This document shows positions 9,138-18,198 of a stretch of DNA of 64,000 bases, in pieces (within the stretch, counting starts at the first letter, position 1; every line of letters begins with the position of its first letter). Below the pieces are notes generated by a model, which saw nothing but the letters and a program-made list of their open reading frames with translations, was not told where the DNA came from and made no database searches. Source of the stretch: an uncultured Anaerococcus sp. (GTDB lineage: Bacteria; Bacillota; Clostridia; Tissierellales; Peptoniphilaceae); contig NZ_CAMXYR010000001.1 in NCBI RefSeq assembly GCF_947253225.1, positions 23,944 through 87,943 on the forward strand, read 5' to 3'. The position numbers and the translations under genes were made by a program.

Positions 9138-9796
9138 TATTTTTCTCCAAACATTTCTTCTACTTCTTTTTCGCTATAAACATAGTTTGTGATAACAACT
9201 CCAAGGATATCTGCACTCACATCTCTTAATTCGTTGATTGAGTTGTTGTAGATATCATTATCCTTGTTGGCGTAGGCTGTAAATAAGATTGTCTTATCAC
9301 TTAGGGCGGCAAACATATTTGCCTCAGGTATGCCAGTATTTGCAGTTGTATTTACAAAGATATAGTCATAGGAATTTCTAATACCAGCTAGAAAGTTTTT
9401 GATTTCATTTGGCTCAAGAAACTCATCTGCATAATCGGAAACCTTGCCTGCATACATTAAATATACATTGTCAAAGTTTTTGTCATAAGTGATGAGGTCT
9501 TCATTGGCAAAATTACCCAAGATCCCATCTATAAACCCTCTTTCCTCTTCATAAGACAAAAGATCCCCTAGGGCTTGCTCTCTGAGGTTGGCATCTATTA
9601 TCAAGACCCTGTTTCCTTCTTCTGCCAAGTGTCTTGCCATAACATAGACATTGAGCATCTGGTCAGTGTGGTTGGTAGTAGATGTGAAGGCTATTATTTT
9701 ATCGCTTGGACTAAGCTTTGTAATAATCTTATCTTCAAGGTCATAAAAAGCTTGAAGGGCAATTTCTCTTTTCTCTTCGTCTTTTTTCCTAAACAT
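9137..9796 (-). CDS. CpsD/CapB-family BY-kinase homolog, apparently catalytically degenerate
   Basis: KIIAFTS, RVLIIDANLR, YDYIFVNT and ILGVVIT match the BY-kinase scaffold; directly follows a CpsC-like gene. Confidence 0.8.
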   Translation of the reverse strand: MFRKKDEEKREIALQAFYDLEDKIITKLSPSDKIIAFTSTTNHTDQMLNVYVMARHLAEEGNRVLIIDANLREQALGDLLSYEEERGFIDGILGNFANEDLITYDKNFDNVYLMYAGKVSDYADEFLEPNEIKNFLAGIRNSYDYIFVNTTANTGIPEANMFAALSDKTILFTAYANKDNDIYNNSINELRDVSADILGVVITNYVYSEKEVEEMFGEK

Positions 9797-10706
9797 CTAA
9801 TTCTCCTCTACTATATGGTGGAAGTTTTCCCAAAACTTCTATATCATCTGAGGCTTCTTCACAAAGCTCTTTATCATTTGAAGCAAGGATAATATCTTCC
9901 TTGTTGATTATAGTTGTTTCTCCTAGGTCGTCATCATCTTCATCTATGGCAGTAAACTTAGTTGTTTCATAAGCTGTTAGGTCTTCTTCATAATCTTCTG
10001 GCTCATCTGGCCTTTCTTCTGGCTCGTTTTCGTAAGAGTTGTCCAAGACTTCTTCGTCTTTTTTCTTAAAGCTCATCATTCTTTCCTTCTTAGGTATTTC
10101 ACGAGCTTCTTCTAAAAAGTCTCCTCTTTCAACGGCCAACTTTAAAAGCTTATTGTTAAAGGAATTGACCCTAATCATTCCAATAAGACTAACTAATACA
10201 AAAACAGCTCCTCCAACAATAGCTGAATAAACATAGCCATTGTTCACTTTGCCTGCTGACCCGTAGGCATACTCCATAACTTGTGCATCCTTGCCATAAA
10301 TATTTTTTATAACCCTAACTGAAAGGTCCGCATACTCATCTGCCAAATCTTCTGCCCTTAGCTTATTTGTATCTGTAACTACAAGATCAATTACAGGAGA
10401 GCCTTCGATTGGTTCAATCCTCAATTTTGTATCAAGCATACCGAGGGACATATCTAAGCCTAGATTTTCTAGGACAGTCTTTTTAATTTTATTTGAATTG
10501 ATTGTTGCTGCATAGACCTTAGCTTCTTCTGTATCTTTTTCTGCTTTATCTAGGCTAGTTGTTATTATCTTGGACTTGGCCTGATATTCGTTATAATTTA
10601 ACTTGCCCAAGGCAAAGTAAAATAAAACAGCTGCCACTATTCCACAGATAAGTCCTAGTGGGATAGCACTAAATAGCGATCTTTTTTCCTTCATTCTAAC
10701 CTCCAA
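9789..10706 (-). CDS. CpsC/CapA (Wzz-like) polysaccharide co-polymerase homolog with a long acidic C-terminal tail
   Basis: Two TM segments flanking a YQAKSKII...IDLVVTDTNKLRAEDLAD ectodomain; terminal EVLGKLP resembles the CpsC VLGxIP motif. Confidence 0.75.
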   Translation of the reverse strand: MEVRMKEKRSLFSAIPLGLICGIVAAVLFYFALGKLNYNEYQAKSKIITTSLDKAEKDTEEAKVYAATINSNKIKKTVLENLGLDMSLGMLDTKLRIEPIEGSPVIDLVVTDTNKLRAEDLADEYADLSVRVIKNIYGKDAQVMEYAYGSAGKVNNGYVYSAIVGGAVFVLVSLIGMIRVNSFNNKLLKLAVERGDFLEEAREIPKKERMMSFKKKDEEVLDNSYENEPEERPDEPEDYEEDLTAYETTKFTAIDEDDDDLGETTIINKEDIILASNDKELCEEASDDIEVLGKLPPYSRGELDV

Positions 10707-11475
10707 AATTCTTAGCGCCTTCTAACATTTTCTCTCTAGCTTTCTTCCTCCCAAGACCCTTGACCTTGTTAGGATAGACTCTAACAAACCTTTCTATATA
10801 CAACCGATACAAGTGTGGGAAGAGAGCCTTAGAAAGCTTGCCCTTATCATAGAAAAACTTCTCATCAAAGCCCTCAAACCAAGTCGACCCATCGTTATAA
10901 ATTTTGGCTATCAACTTCGTTGAAGTCCTCAACCTAAGCCCTTTTTGCAGGCAATCTTTCAGAAATATCGAGTCTTCACCAGACCCATTTCCAGTTCCTG
11001 CCCCAAAATATGTAGAAAGGAGGATATTTTTTTCCAAAACCCTCTCTCTTTTGAAAGCAAAATGAACCGAGCCATATTTAAGAGCATTGTATATCTTCAC
11101 ATCACTATCTTTTTTGACCTTTACTATCTCTTTACCATCTTGGTAAATGATAGTTTTGAAGATGAAAAAGTCCACTTCAGAATTTTCCTCAAAGCTAGAT
11201 CTTATTTTTTCTTCATAATCATCTTCAAAGACCTCATCATCATCACAAAATACACAAATATCAGCAGTAGAGTTGAGAATTGCAAGATTTCTCGACCTGC
11301 CAAGACCTCTAGTATCTGTGCTAATCATCCTAACCCTAAAGTGCCCACAAGAAACTTCCTCATAGGAGTTGTGGTCAGTTTGGTTGATAATAAGGGCATC
11401 TGTCGTTAAGTTAAACTTCTTGTAAAAATTAATATCTTCCACATTCATAGCAGAAATTAAAACTTCTATCCTCAT
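10696..11475 (-). CDS. Glycosyltransferase family 2 (GT-A)
   Basis: EVLISAMN, RGLGRSRNLA, VFCDDDE, GEDSIF; start placed at the ATG at 11475 next to the upstream stop. Confidence 0.88.
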   Translation of the reverse strand: MRIEVLISAMNVEDINFYKKFNLTTDALIINQTDHNSYEEVSCGHFRVRMISTDTRGLGRSRNLAILNSTADICVFCDDDEVFEDDYEEKIRSSFEENSEVDFFIFKTIIYQDGKEIVKVKKDSDVKIYNALKYGSVHFAFKRERVLEKNILLSTYFGAGTGNGSGEDSIFLKDCLQKGLRLRTSTKLIAKIYNDGSTWFEGFDEKFFYDKGKLSKALFPHLYRLYIERFVRVYPNKVKGLGRKKAREKMLEGAKNFGG

Positions 11476-11477
11476 CC

Positions 11478-12629
11478 TCACCTCGTGCTTTCTGCCTTCT
11501 CCCAAGTAGCCTTACTCTTGCCAGTAAGTTGGTTTTTTGCCCCCAAGATTTGAGCTAGCATCATCATAGTATAATACATAGGAAAGTACAAGATTTTTGT
11601 TTTTTTACCTGTAAGCTTGCCCAAAAAAGCTAAAAGCAAAAAGATAAGTTGTCCTAGGAGGGTAATTTTATAAAACAGCCCCTCTCCTACTAGGAAGATA
11701 TTGCTAATAAACACAAGCACATGGAAAAAGGCCTGCATAAACCTCAAGGTCTTGTGGCAAAAATGAAAGAAGGAAAACCAACCATACTTAAAAATATTTA
11801 GACGGTTGAGATTTGTAAAAATATTGGTTAGGATTCTTCTTTGCATCCTGACCTTTCTTTTGAACTCATCTGCCGTAGTTGCCCCAGCCTTCTCAACAGC
11901 AATGGCATCCTTATTGTAGAGGGCTCTTTTCTTATTAAGACCTGCATACAAGGGCATTTCATAATCGTGTGAACTTACAAGGTTATAATTTCTATAATCT
12001 TTCTTCCTACAAGCATAAATTGCACCATTTCCTGCGGCGATAGTCCTTATATTTGACTCTATCTCACGCATCCTAAGTTCCATATTCCAATAAGCGTTTT
12101 CTGCCACCACAGAGGCTAGGTCATCATCTTCCTTATAGATAAGCGACCCACATACATATTCTATATCATCGCTTGTAAAGTAGGCGATAAGCTCCTTTAT
12201 GGCATCTTCCTTAAACATGGAATTAGCATCAGAAAAAACTAAAATCTCTCCCTTGCTTGCCTCGACTGCCTCATCTTGAGCGTTAGTCTTGCCCAGATGG
12301 TTTTTAACTGTATTAACTTTTATATCATAGGCGGGATGATTTTTTATGAAATCACAAGCTATGCTTACTGTCTTATCACTTGAGGCATCGTTAGCAATAA
12401 TTACCTCAAAGTTTGGATAGTCAGTTTTGATTATATTTGCAAGCTTTTTTTCAATAACTTTCTCTTCATTGTAGGCAGATATTATAACTGAAACCATGGG
12501 CTTTTTTGTATAGTCCTTGGTATTTTTTCTTTTAATAATCTTTTCTAAAAGTAAAAGTGTAAGAGGGTAGCCTACCATAGCATAAAATATAGCAAAGGCC
12601 GATACCCAAAAAATTATCTTCATAAACAT
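11478..12629 (-). CDS. Membrane glycosyltransferase family 2 (IcaA/CESA-like subgroup)
   Basis: SVIISAYNEE, DASSD, GKTNA, VFSDAN, AGNGAIYA and EFKRKVR; N- and C-terminal TMs; GAGGAG RBS before the ATG at 12629. Confidence 0.88.
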   Translation of the reverse strand: MFMKIIFWVSAFAIFYAMVGYPLTLLLLEKIIKRKNTKDYTKKPMVSVIISAYNEEKVIEKKLANIIKTDYPNFEVIIANDASSDKTVSIACDFIKNHPAYDIKVNTVKNHLGKTNAQDEAVEASKGEILVFSDANSMFKEDAIKELIAYFTSDDIEYVCGSLIYKEDDDLASVVAENAYWNMELRMREIESNIRTIAAGNGAIYACRKKDYRNYNLVSSHDYEMPLYAGLNKKRALYNKDAIAVEKAGATTADEFKRKVRMQRRILTNIFTNLNRLNIFKYGWFSFFHFCHKTLRFMQAFFHVLVFISNIFLVGEGLFYKITLLGQLIFLLLAFLGKLTGKKTKILYFPMYYTMMMLAQILGAKNQLTGKSKATWEKAESTR

Positions 12630-12754
12630 ACTCCTCATGCTATTATATAACATTTCCTGCACTTGAAGCAAGTTAAGCTGACTATTTTAATGATATTTTT
12701 CTTGCAGATAGTAAAGTTAAGGATATATTATTCCAATAGATATAGAAAGGAAGT

Positions 12755-13939
12755 TTGATAATGAAAATAGAATTAGACCTTTTACAATCCCTAGGCCTTG
12801 CTATGCTAGCCTACATACTCGGGATTTTTATCAAAAATAAATTTGAATTTTTTAGGAAATTTTTCATCCCTTCTCCTGTAATTGGAGGACTTATCATAAG
12901 CGTTCTAGTTTTTTTAGCCAAAAAATACCTAGCCTACGATATCAAATTTGATACCATCCTTCAAGATTTCTTCATGAACATTTTCTTTGCCTCAATCGGG
13001 CTTACTTGCTCCTTTAAGACCCTCAAAAAAGCTGGCTTTCTCGGCCTTAAACTTGCCTTTGTTATAATTTTGCTCTTGCCCCTACAAAATATTATTGCTG
13101 TCGGCATTTCCTACCTGCTTGGCATAAATCCCCTCCACGGAGTGGCTATGGGATCGACTTCTATGACTGGGGGAATTGGATCAGCTATATCTTTTGGGAA
13201 AATCATGGAGGCTCATGGAGCAAATGGTAACACTTCAATAGGAGTCGCCGCTGCAACCTTCGGACTTTTGACAGGCTCTCTTGTGGGAGGCCCCGTTGCC
13301 AAAAGGCTTATTAGAAATAATAAACTTTTAACCAAGGGAAGCCTTGATGTCGGAGATAAAGGAAAAATAAAAAGAATAGTAAACCAAACTTCCCTTATGA
13401 GGGCAATAATTCTTATTGGAATGGCAGCGTTTTTGGGAACTTTCATAAATAAAATCCTAAAAATCACTTCACTAAGCTTTCCTTATTATGTAGGTTGCCA
13501 ATTTGGTGGTCTTGTTGTGCGTAATATTTATGATTATTGCAAAAAAGATGTGGACCTAGAAAATGTAAATATTGTCGGCAATATTTCCCTTAATCTCTTC
13601 CTATCTCTTGCTCTCATCAACTTAAACATCTCCGCCATAGCAAGCCTGGCAGGTCCTATGCTTATAATCCTTCTTGCTCAAGCTGTCTTTATTGCTATCT
13701 ACACAAGTCTTTTTACCTTCAACTTGTGTGGCAAAGACTATGATGGGGCTGTGATTTCGGCAGGTCATTGTGGGGTGGGGCTTGGTCAAACTCCAAATGC
13801 AATGGCAAATATGGAAGCAATAATCGAGGAAAAAGGGCCAGCCGACATGGCTATGTTTGTCTTTCCCATAGTCCTTGCCATAGCAGTAAACCTCTTTAAC
13901 CCACTAGTTATCATCTTTTTCATCAATATTTTGACATAA
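12755..13939 (+). CDS. gltS: Sodium/glutamate symporter (ESS family)
   Basis: FIPSPVIGG, FFASIGL, AAATFGL and GLGQTPNAMANM GltS motifs; start may be the ATG at 12761. Confidence 0.9.
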   Translation: MIMKIELDLLQSLGLAMLAYILGIFIKNKFEFFRKFFIPSPVIGGLIISVLVFLAKKYLAYDIKFDTILQDFFMNIFFASIGLTCSFKTLKKAGFLGLKLAFVIILLLPLQNIIAVGISYLLGINPLHGVAMGSTSMTGGIGSAISFGKIMEAHGANGNTSIGVAAATFGLLTGSLVGGPVAKRLIRNNKLLTKGSLDVGDKGKIKRIVNQTSLMRAIILIGMAAFLGTFINKILKITSLSFPYYVGCQFGGLVVRNIYDYCKKDVDLENVNIVGNISLNLFLSLALINLNISAIASLAGPMLIILLAQAVFIAIYTSLFTFNLCGKDYDGAVISAGHCGVGLGQTPNAMANMEAIIEEKGPADMAMFVFPIVLAIAVNLFNPLVIIFFINILT

Positions 13940-13975
13940 AAATAAGGGGGCTAGTTAAACCTGCCCCTTGCCAGT

Positions 13976-14065
13976 AGGTGTAGAAAATAATAATAGCCTA
14001 ACCTTAAGTTAAGAGCTTTCCTCTGAGATTTTAGGCTTAGGAAGCCCTTATTATTTTCTACGCCT
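13976..14065. repeat. Nested inverted repeat between convergent gltS and tag
   Basis: AGGTGTAGAAAATAATAA (13976-13993) versus TTATTATTTTCTACGCCT (14048-14065), 17/18 complementary plus one G.U; inner AGCCTAA/TTAGGCT. Confidence 0.7.
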
Positions 14066-14067
14066 TT

Positions 14068-14631
14068 TTATTTACTATTTTTTACTTCTTCATACCTAAA
14101 GCAAGTTACCAAGTGGCAATTTATAAGACCTACTGCCTCCATAAAGGAATGTATTATTGTTGGTCCTACAAAGGTGAACCCTCTTTTTTTCATATCCTTG
14201 GCAAGTTTTTCTGAAAGAGGCGATTGGCTAATTATTTCGCCTTCCTTTCTTCTGTAGTCGATTTGTTTGTCCACAAAAGTTTCCAAATACTTATCAAAAG
14301 ATCCAAATTCTTCTCTAAGCTCCATAAAAGCTCTGGCATTTTTAACCAAGGCTCTTATTTTTAGCCTATTTTTTATTATCTTATCATTGGAAAGAAGTTC
14401 CTTTACCTCATCTTCCCCATAGAGGGAAATTTTTTCATAGTCAAAACCATCAAAGGCCCCTCTCATGGCCTCTCTTTTATTAAGAATCGTATCAAAACTA
14501 AGACCTGCCTGCATAAATTCAAGAACTAGCATCTCAAAAAGATAAGAATCTTCGTGATGCCTAAGCCCATATTCTTCATCATGGTAGGCTCTTAGCAGGT
14601 CAGACTTCACCCATTCACATCTATTTTTCAT
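14068..14631 (-). CDS. tag: DNA-3-methyladenine glycosylase I
   Basis: RCEW...YHDEEYG, LFEMLVLEFMQAGLS, GFTFVGPT and HLVTC zinc-site pattern. Confidence 0.93.
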   Translation of the reverse strand: MKNRCEWVKSDLLRAYHDEEYGLRHHEDSYLFEMLVLEFMQAGLSFDTILNKREAMRGAFDGFDYEKISLYGEDEVKELLSNDKIIKNRLKIRALVKNARAFMELREEFGSFDKYLETFVDKQIDYRRKEGEIISQSPLSEKLAKDMKKRGFTFVGPTIIHSFMEAVGLINCHLVTCFRYEEVKNSK

Positions 14632-15513
14632 CTAGGCTAGGGCAAAATAAATAAACACGATTATGGAAAGAATTATCCTATAAATTCCAAAAGGAATGAA
14701 GTCGTTGTTTCTGATGTAGGCCATAAATTTTTTGATAACTACATAGGCTACTGCAAAACTTAGGACCATTCCGACAAGGATAAGCCCCCATTGGTAGATG
14801 GTAAAGCCAGAAAAGTTCTTGACTACCTTTAGAGCAGTTGCTCCAAGCATAGTTGGAATAGCGAGGAAGAAAGAAAATTCTGCCGCAGCTTGCCTTGATA
14901 GACCGAGAATCATAGCACCCATAATTGTGGCTGCTGACCTACTTGTCCCAGGGACCATAGCCAAAGTTTGGAAAAATCCTATAGCTATTATAGTCCTATA
15001 AGGAACTGTGGCTAGGTTGTCATAGGCGAAGCCTTTTTTATTCCTATTTTTCTTCTCAACAGAAATAATTACAAGACCCCAGATAAGAAGCATGGCTGCT
15101 ACTACCATGGGCTTGAAAAGATACTCATCAATCAAATCATCGAACAAAAGACCCAAGGCCATGGCAGGAAGTACTCCAACAACCACTCTTTTCCAAAGTT
15201 CCATAGTTTTTGGGTCAGGATGACTTAGCCTAAAGTAGGCCTTGGATTGGATGTTGAGCTTTTGGTAATTCTTTGGAAAATATTTTGCTGTTTTTTCCCT
15301 ATCCCAAGGATTAAGTTTTTGAAAGTAGATTACCACAACAGAAAGGATGGCTCCTAGCTGGATAATAATATTGAAGGCATTGGAAAAGCCTTCTGGATTT
15401 AGCTTTACAAATTGATTTACCAAAATCAAGTGACCAGTTGACGATACTGGTAGAAATTCTGTAACACCCTCTACTATAGAAAGGATGAGAACCTTAATTA
15501 AATTTATAATCAT
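14632..15513 (-). CDS. uppP: Undecaprenyl-diphosphate phosphatase (BacA family)
   Basis: VEGVTEFLPVSSTGH, PGTSRSAATI and AAEFSFFLAIP. Confidence 0.95.
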   Translation of the reverse strand: MIINLIKVLILSIVEGVTEFLPVSSTGHLILVNQFVKLNPEGFSNAFNIIIQLGAILSVVVIYFQKLNPWDREKTAKYFPKNYQKLNIQSKAYFRLSHPDPKTMELWKRVVVGVLPAMALGLLFDDLIDEYLFKPMVVAAMLLIWGLVIISVEKKNRNKKGFAYDNLATVPYRTIIAIGFFQTLAMVPGTSRSAATIMGAMILGLSRQAAAEFSFFLAIPTMLGATALKVVKNFSGFTIYQWGLILVGMVLSFAVAYVVIKKFMAYIRNNDFIPFGIYRIILSIIVFIYFALA

Positions 15514-16322
15514 TCAAATTCCTCCATGAACGAATGTTTTTCTCCTCCGATTTGATAGCCCAAGACCATATCGCAATTGACATTTTCTGCAGACCTTAGG
15601 ATAGATTTTTCCACTTCTGGATTATCTTTTTTCAAATCTCTGATAAGTTCCTTAATTTTCTTTCTTGTGTAAGATTCGCTAGACTTAGTTACTGTACAAG
15701 CACAATCGAGAGCCATAAGCCCCACATGGTCTCTCCACTTCTTTATATCATCTTCGTGGGCATAGTAGAGAGGTCTAATCAGTTCCATTTCCTCGAAATT
15801 TTGTGCCTTTAGCCTTGGCTTCATAGTCTTGAAATTACCAGCATAGAGGACATTCATCATAGTTGTTTCAATAACGTCATTCATATGATGGCCGAGGGCA
15901 ATCTTGTTACAAGCAAGCTCTTTTGCCTTGGCATAAAGAAAGCCCCTACGCATTCTCGCACACATATAGCAAGGATAGGCTCCCTTGGTGATTGACTCTG
16001 CCACCTCAAAAACCTCTGAATCATAAATCTCAGCTGGAATCTTTAAATATTTTAAATTCTTTTCTAATAAAGCTCTATTGGGCCTATCATAGCCAGGGTC
16101 CATACAAATATAGCAAACATCAAAGTTAACCTTAGAATGTTTGTGCAATTCTTCGATAAGTTTTGCCAAAAGAAGAGAATCCTTACCACCAGATATGGCA
16201 ACAGCTATCTTATCCCCTTCATTGATTAGGGAAAACTCCTTTACAGCCTTAATGAAAGGAGACCAAAGCTCCTTCCTGTACTTTTTAATAATCGATCTTT
16301 CTATTTCTACAATTTCCATCAT
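15510..16322 (-). CDS. ttcA: TtcA-family tRNA thiolase (PP-loop ATPase)
   Basis: SGGKDS PP-loop, CYMCARMRRG, IALGHH, LIRPL. Confidence 0.85.
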   Translation of the reverse strand: MMEIVEIERSIIKKYRKELWSPFIKAVKEFSLINEGDKIAVAISGGKDSLLLAKLIEELHKHSKVNFDVCYICMDPGYDRPNRALLEKNLKYLKIPAEIYDSEVFEVAESITKGAYPCYMCARMRRGFLYAKAKELACNKIALGHHMNDVIETTMMNVLYAGNFKTMKPRLKAQNFEEMELIRPLYYAHEDDIKKWRDHVGLMALDCACTVTKSSESYTRKKIKELIRDLKKDNPEVEKSILRSAENVNCDMVLGYQIGGEKHSFMEEFE

Positions 16323-17110
16323 AACTCCACTATTTTGGAAGGTCTGTATCTCTCACACACCTCCAACTGTATATCTTTTTTCGTATCAAGCCCCATCTGG
16401 GTCAAGTAATTGTCGACAGTAAGCCTTGAAAGCTCAGGTGTATTGTTGGTATCTGATAGGTGGGAGAGAAAGACTTTCTCCTCCTTGCCAACCAAGGCAT
16501 CTGCCAAAGCCTCCGCAGCCTGGTCATTTGACAAATGACCCCTAGCCCCCATAACCCTAAGCTTGAGATTATGAGGATATGGCCCCATCTTCAAGGCTTC
16601 GAGGTCGTGGTTGGCCTCCATATAATAAATATCCGACCCCTTAATCTCATATGCCATCTTCTCATCTACTAGACCCGTATCTGAAAGAATAGTTATCTTC
16701 TTATTATCCAAATAAAAAACATAAGCGACTGGCTCATTGGAATCGTGGTGGATGCCTATGGGAAGGATGTCCATGGACCTAAAATTTAGAAACTCGTTAG
16801 TCTTAAATACCTTGATGTTTTCATCCTTTAACTTCTTAGCCTTCTTAAGAAATCCCTTCCATGTTCCCGCATTGGCAAAAATCGGGATATCGTACCTCTT
16901 TGACAAGACACCAGCCCCTTGGATGTGGTCGTTGTGCTCATGAGTTAGAAAAATCGCATCTAACTCATGAGCCTTTTCCCCAACCATCTCCATAAGTCCT
17001 TCGATTTTCTTGCCTGAAAAGCCAGCATCAACCAAGATTTTTACACCCCTATGGTCGATAAAGGTGCAATTGCCAGAAGAACCTGACGAAAGCGTAACAA
17101 ACTTAGTCAT
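16319..17110 (-). CDS. Metallo-beta-lactamase-fold hydrolase (YycJ/WalJ/VicX-like)
   Basis: SSGSSGN, THEHNDH, EANHD, GHLSN and HLSDTNN. Confidence 0.88.
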   Translation of the reverse strand: MTKFVTLSSGSSGNCTFIDHRGVKILVDAGFSGKKIEGLMEMVGEKAHELDAIFLTHEHNDHIQGAGVLSKRYDIPIFANAGTWKGFLKKAKKLKDENIKVFKTNEFLNFRSMDILPIGIHHDSNEPVAYVFYLDNKKITILSDTGLVDEKMAYEIKGSDIYYMEANHDLEALKMGPYPHNLKLRVMGARGHLSNDQAAEALADALVGKEEKVFLSHLSDTNNTPELSRLTVDNYLTQMGLDTKKDIQLEVCERYRPSKIVEL

Positions 17111-17921
17111 TTAGACAAAAATACTCCTCCAAAAATTTGGCAATGGAAGGCTCGTTATTAGAGCCAATCACATAAGTTGCGACATCTTTTGCCTCATCTT
17201 TCCCAGAGCCCATAGCAACACCAACCCCTGCAAAATCAAGGCTTTTTATATCATTGATCCCATCACCAAAATACATAAGCTCATCTGCCCTAACTGCTAG
17301 CTTTTCACAAAGCTTCTTTAAAGTTTCGGACTTGCCAGCATTTTTATTCAAAACTTCCATAATATGAACTTCATTTCTCATAAGCTTATAATCTTTCTTA
17401 AGAACTTGTCCATATTTTTCATAAATGCTATCCAAGACATAAGGTTCTCCAGCTATGGCAATTCTTGAAATTCCATCCTCTATATCCTCGAACTTCTCAA
17501 ACTTCATCCAAGCAAGACCAACTTGAGCCTGATCTTCCAAAAATCCTCTGTTAGGAACTTCCTCATTAAGATACAAATAATTCTTAGTATGGACAGAAAC
17601 TTGGACATCCTCATCTCCAAGAAGAGCTAGGACTTTCTCATAGTCTGCCTTGCCCAAAGGATTGGAAATAAGAGCCTTGCCATCAGCATTTCTCCTTACA
17701 AAGGCCCCTGTCCCACAGATGCTATAATCATCAAAACCCATAAGGTCCAAAGCCTGCCTTACCTTCCACATGGCGTTAAAAGTCCTCCCAGAGTTAAGCA
17801 CAACCCTAATTCCTAGAGCCTTTAGCTTCTTGATTGCCTCTATATTTTCACTAATTAATTTCCTATCATCATCTATCAAAGTCCCATCAATATCGAACAC
17901 AACTAACTTAATATCTCTCAT
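17103..17921 (-). CDS. Cof-type HAD-IIB hydrolase
   Basis: FDIDGTL, SGR, K and GDGIND HAD motifs; AAAGGAG RBS 6 nt before the ATG at 17921. Confidence 0.9.
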   Translation of the reverse strand: MRDIKLVVFDIDGTLIDDDRKLISENIEAIKKLKALGIRVVLNSGRTFNAMWKVRQALDLMGFDDYSICGTGAFVRRNADGKALISNPLGKADYEKVLALLGDEDVQVSVHTKNYLYLNEEVPNRGFLEDQAQVGLAWMKFEKFEDIEDGISRIAIAGEPYVLDSIYEKYGQVLKKDYKLMRNEVHIMEVLNKNAGKSETLKKLCEKLAVRADELMYFGDGINDIKSLDFAGVGVAMGSGKDEAKDVATYVIGSNNEPSIAKFLEEYFCLND

Positions 17922-17939
17922 TGACAACTCCTTTAGCTT

Positions 17940-17966
17940 AAAAAAAGTGTAAGTTCCCCTACACTT
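17940..17966 (-). terminator. GNRA-capped terminator-like hairpin in the HAD operon leader
   Basis: AAGTGTAGG-GGAA-CTTACACTT then TTTTT, between TATAAT and the RBS. Confidence 0.55.
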
Positions 17967-18130
17967 ATAGACTCTATTATAATACTAGAAATGGACTGAT
18001 TTTCAATCAAGAAAGAGCTAAGCCTACCCCACAAGTTATTAAAGCTATTCACAACTTCTACTTGCAAGCTAACTTGCTATTTGAAAATTCTAATCCCTTC
18101 TTCCTATAATAATTAAAAAATAAACATTTT

Positions 18131-18158
18131 TTTACATTCTTATTTAAAATGGTATAAT
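18131..18158 (+). promoter_or_regulatory. Sigma-A promoter of brnQ
   Basis: TTTACA-16 nt-TATAAT with extended TG. Confidence 0.65.
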
Positions 18159-18198
18159 ACAAGCTTGTGATACTTTATATACTAAGGAGAAAATAACT

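Noticed and set aside
18010..18198. T-box or CodY site upstream of brnQ
   Set aside because: The leader is only ~35 nt and has no T-box sequence; the best CodY-like match I found has 5 mismatches
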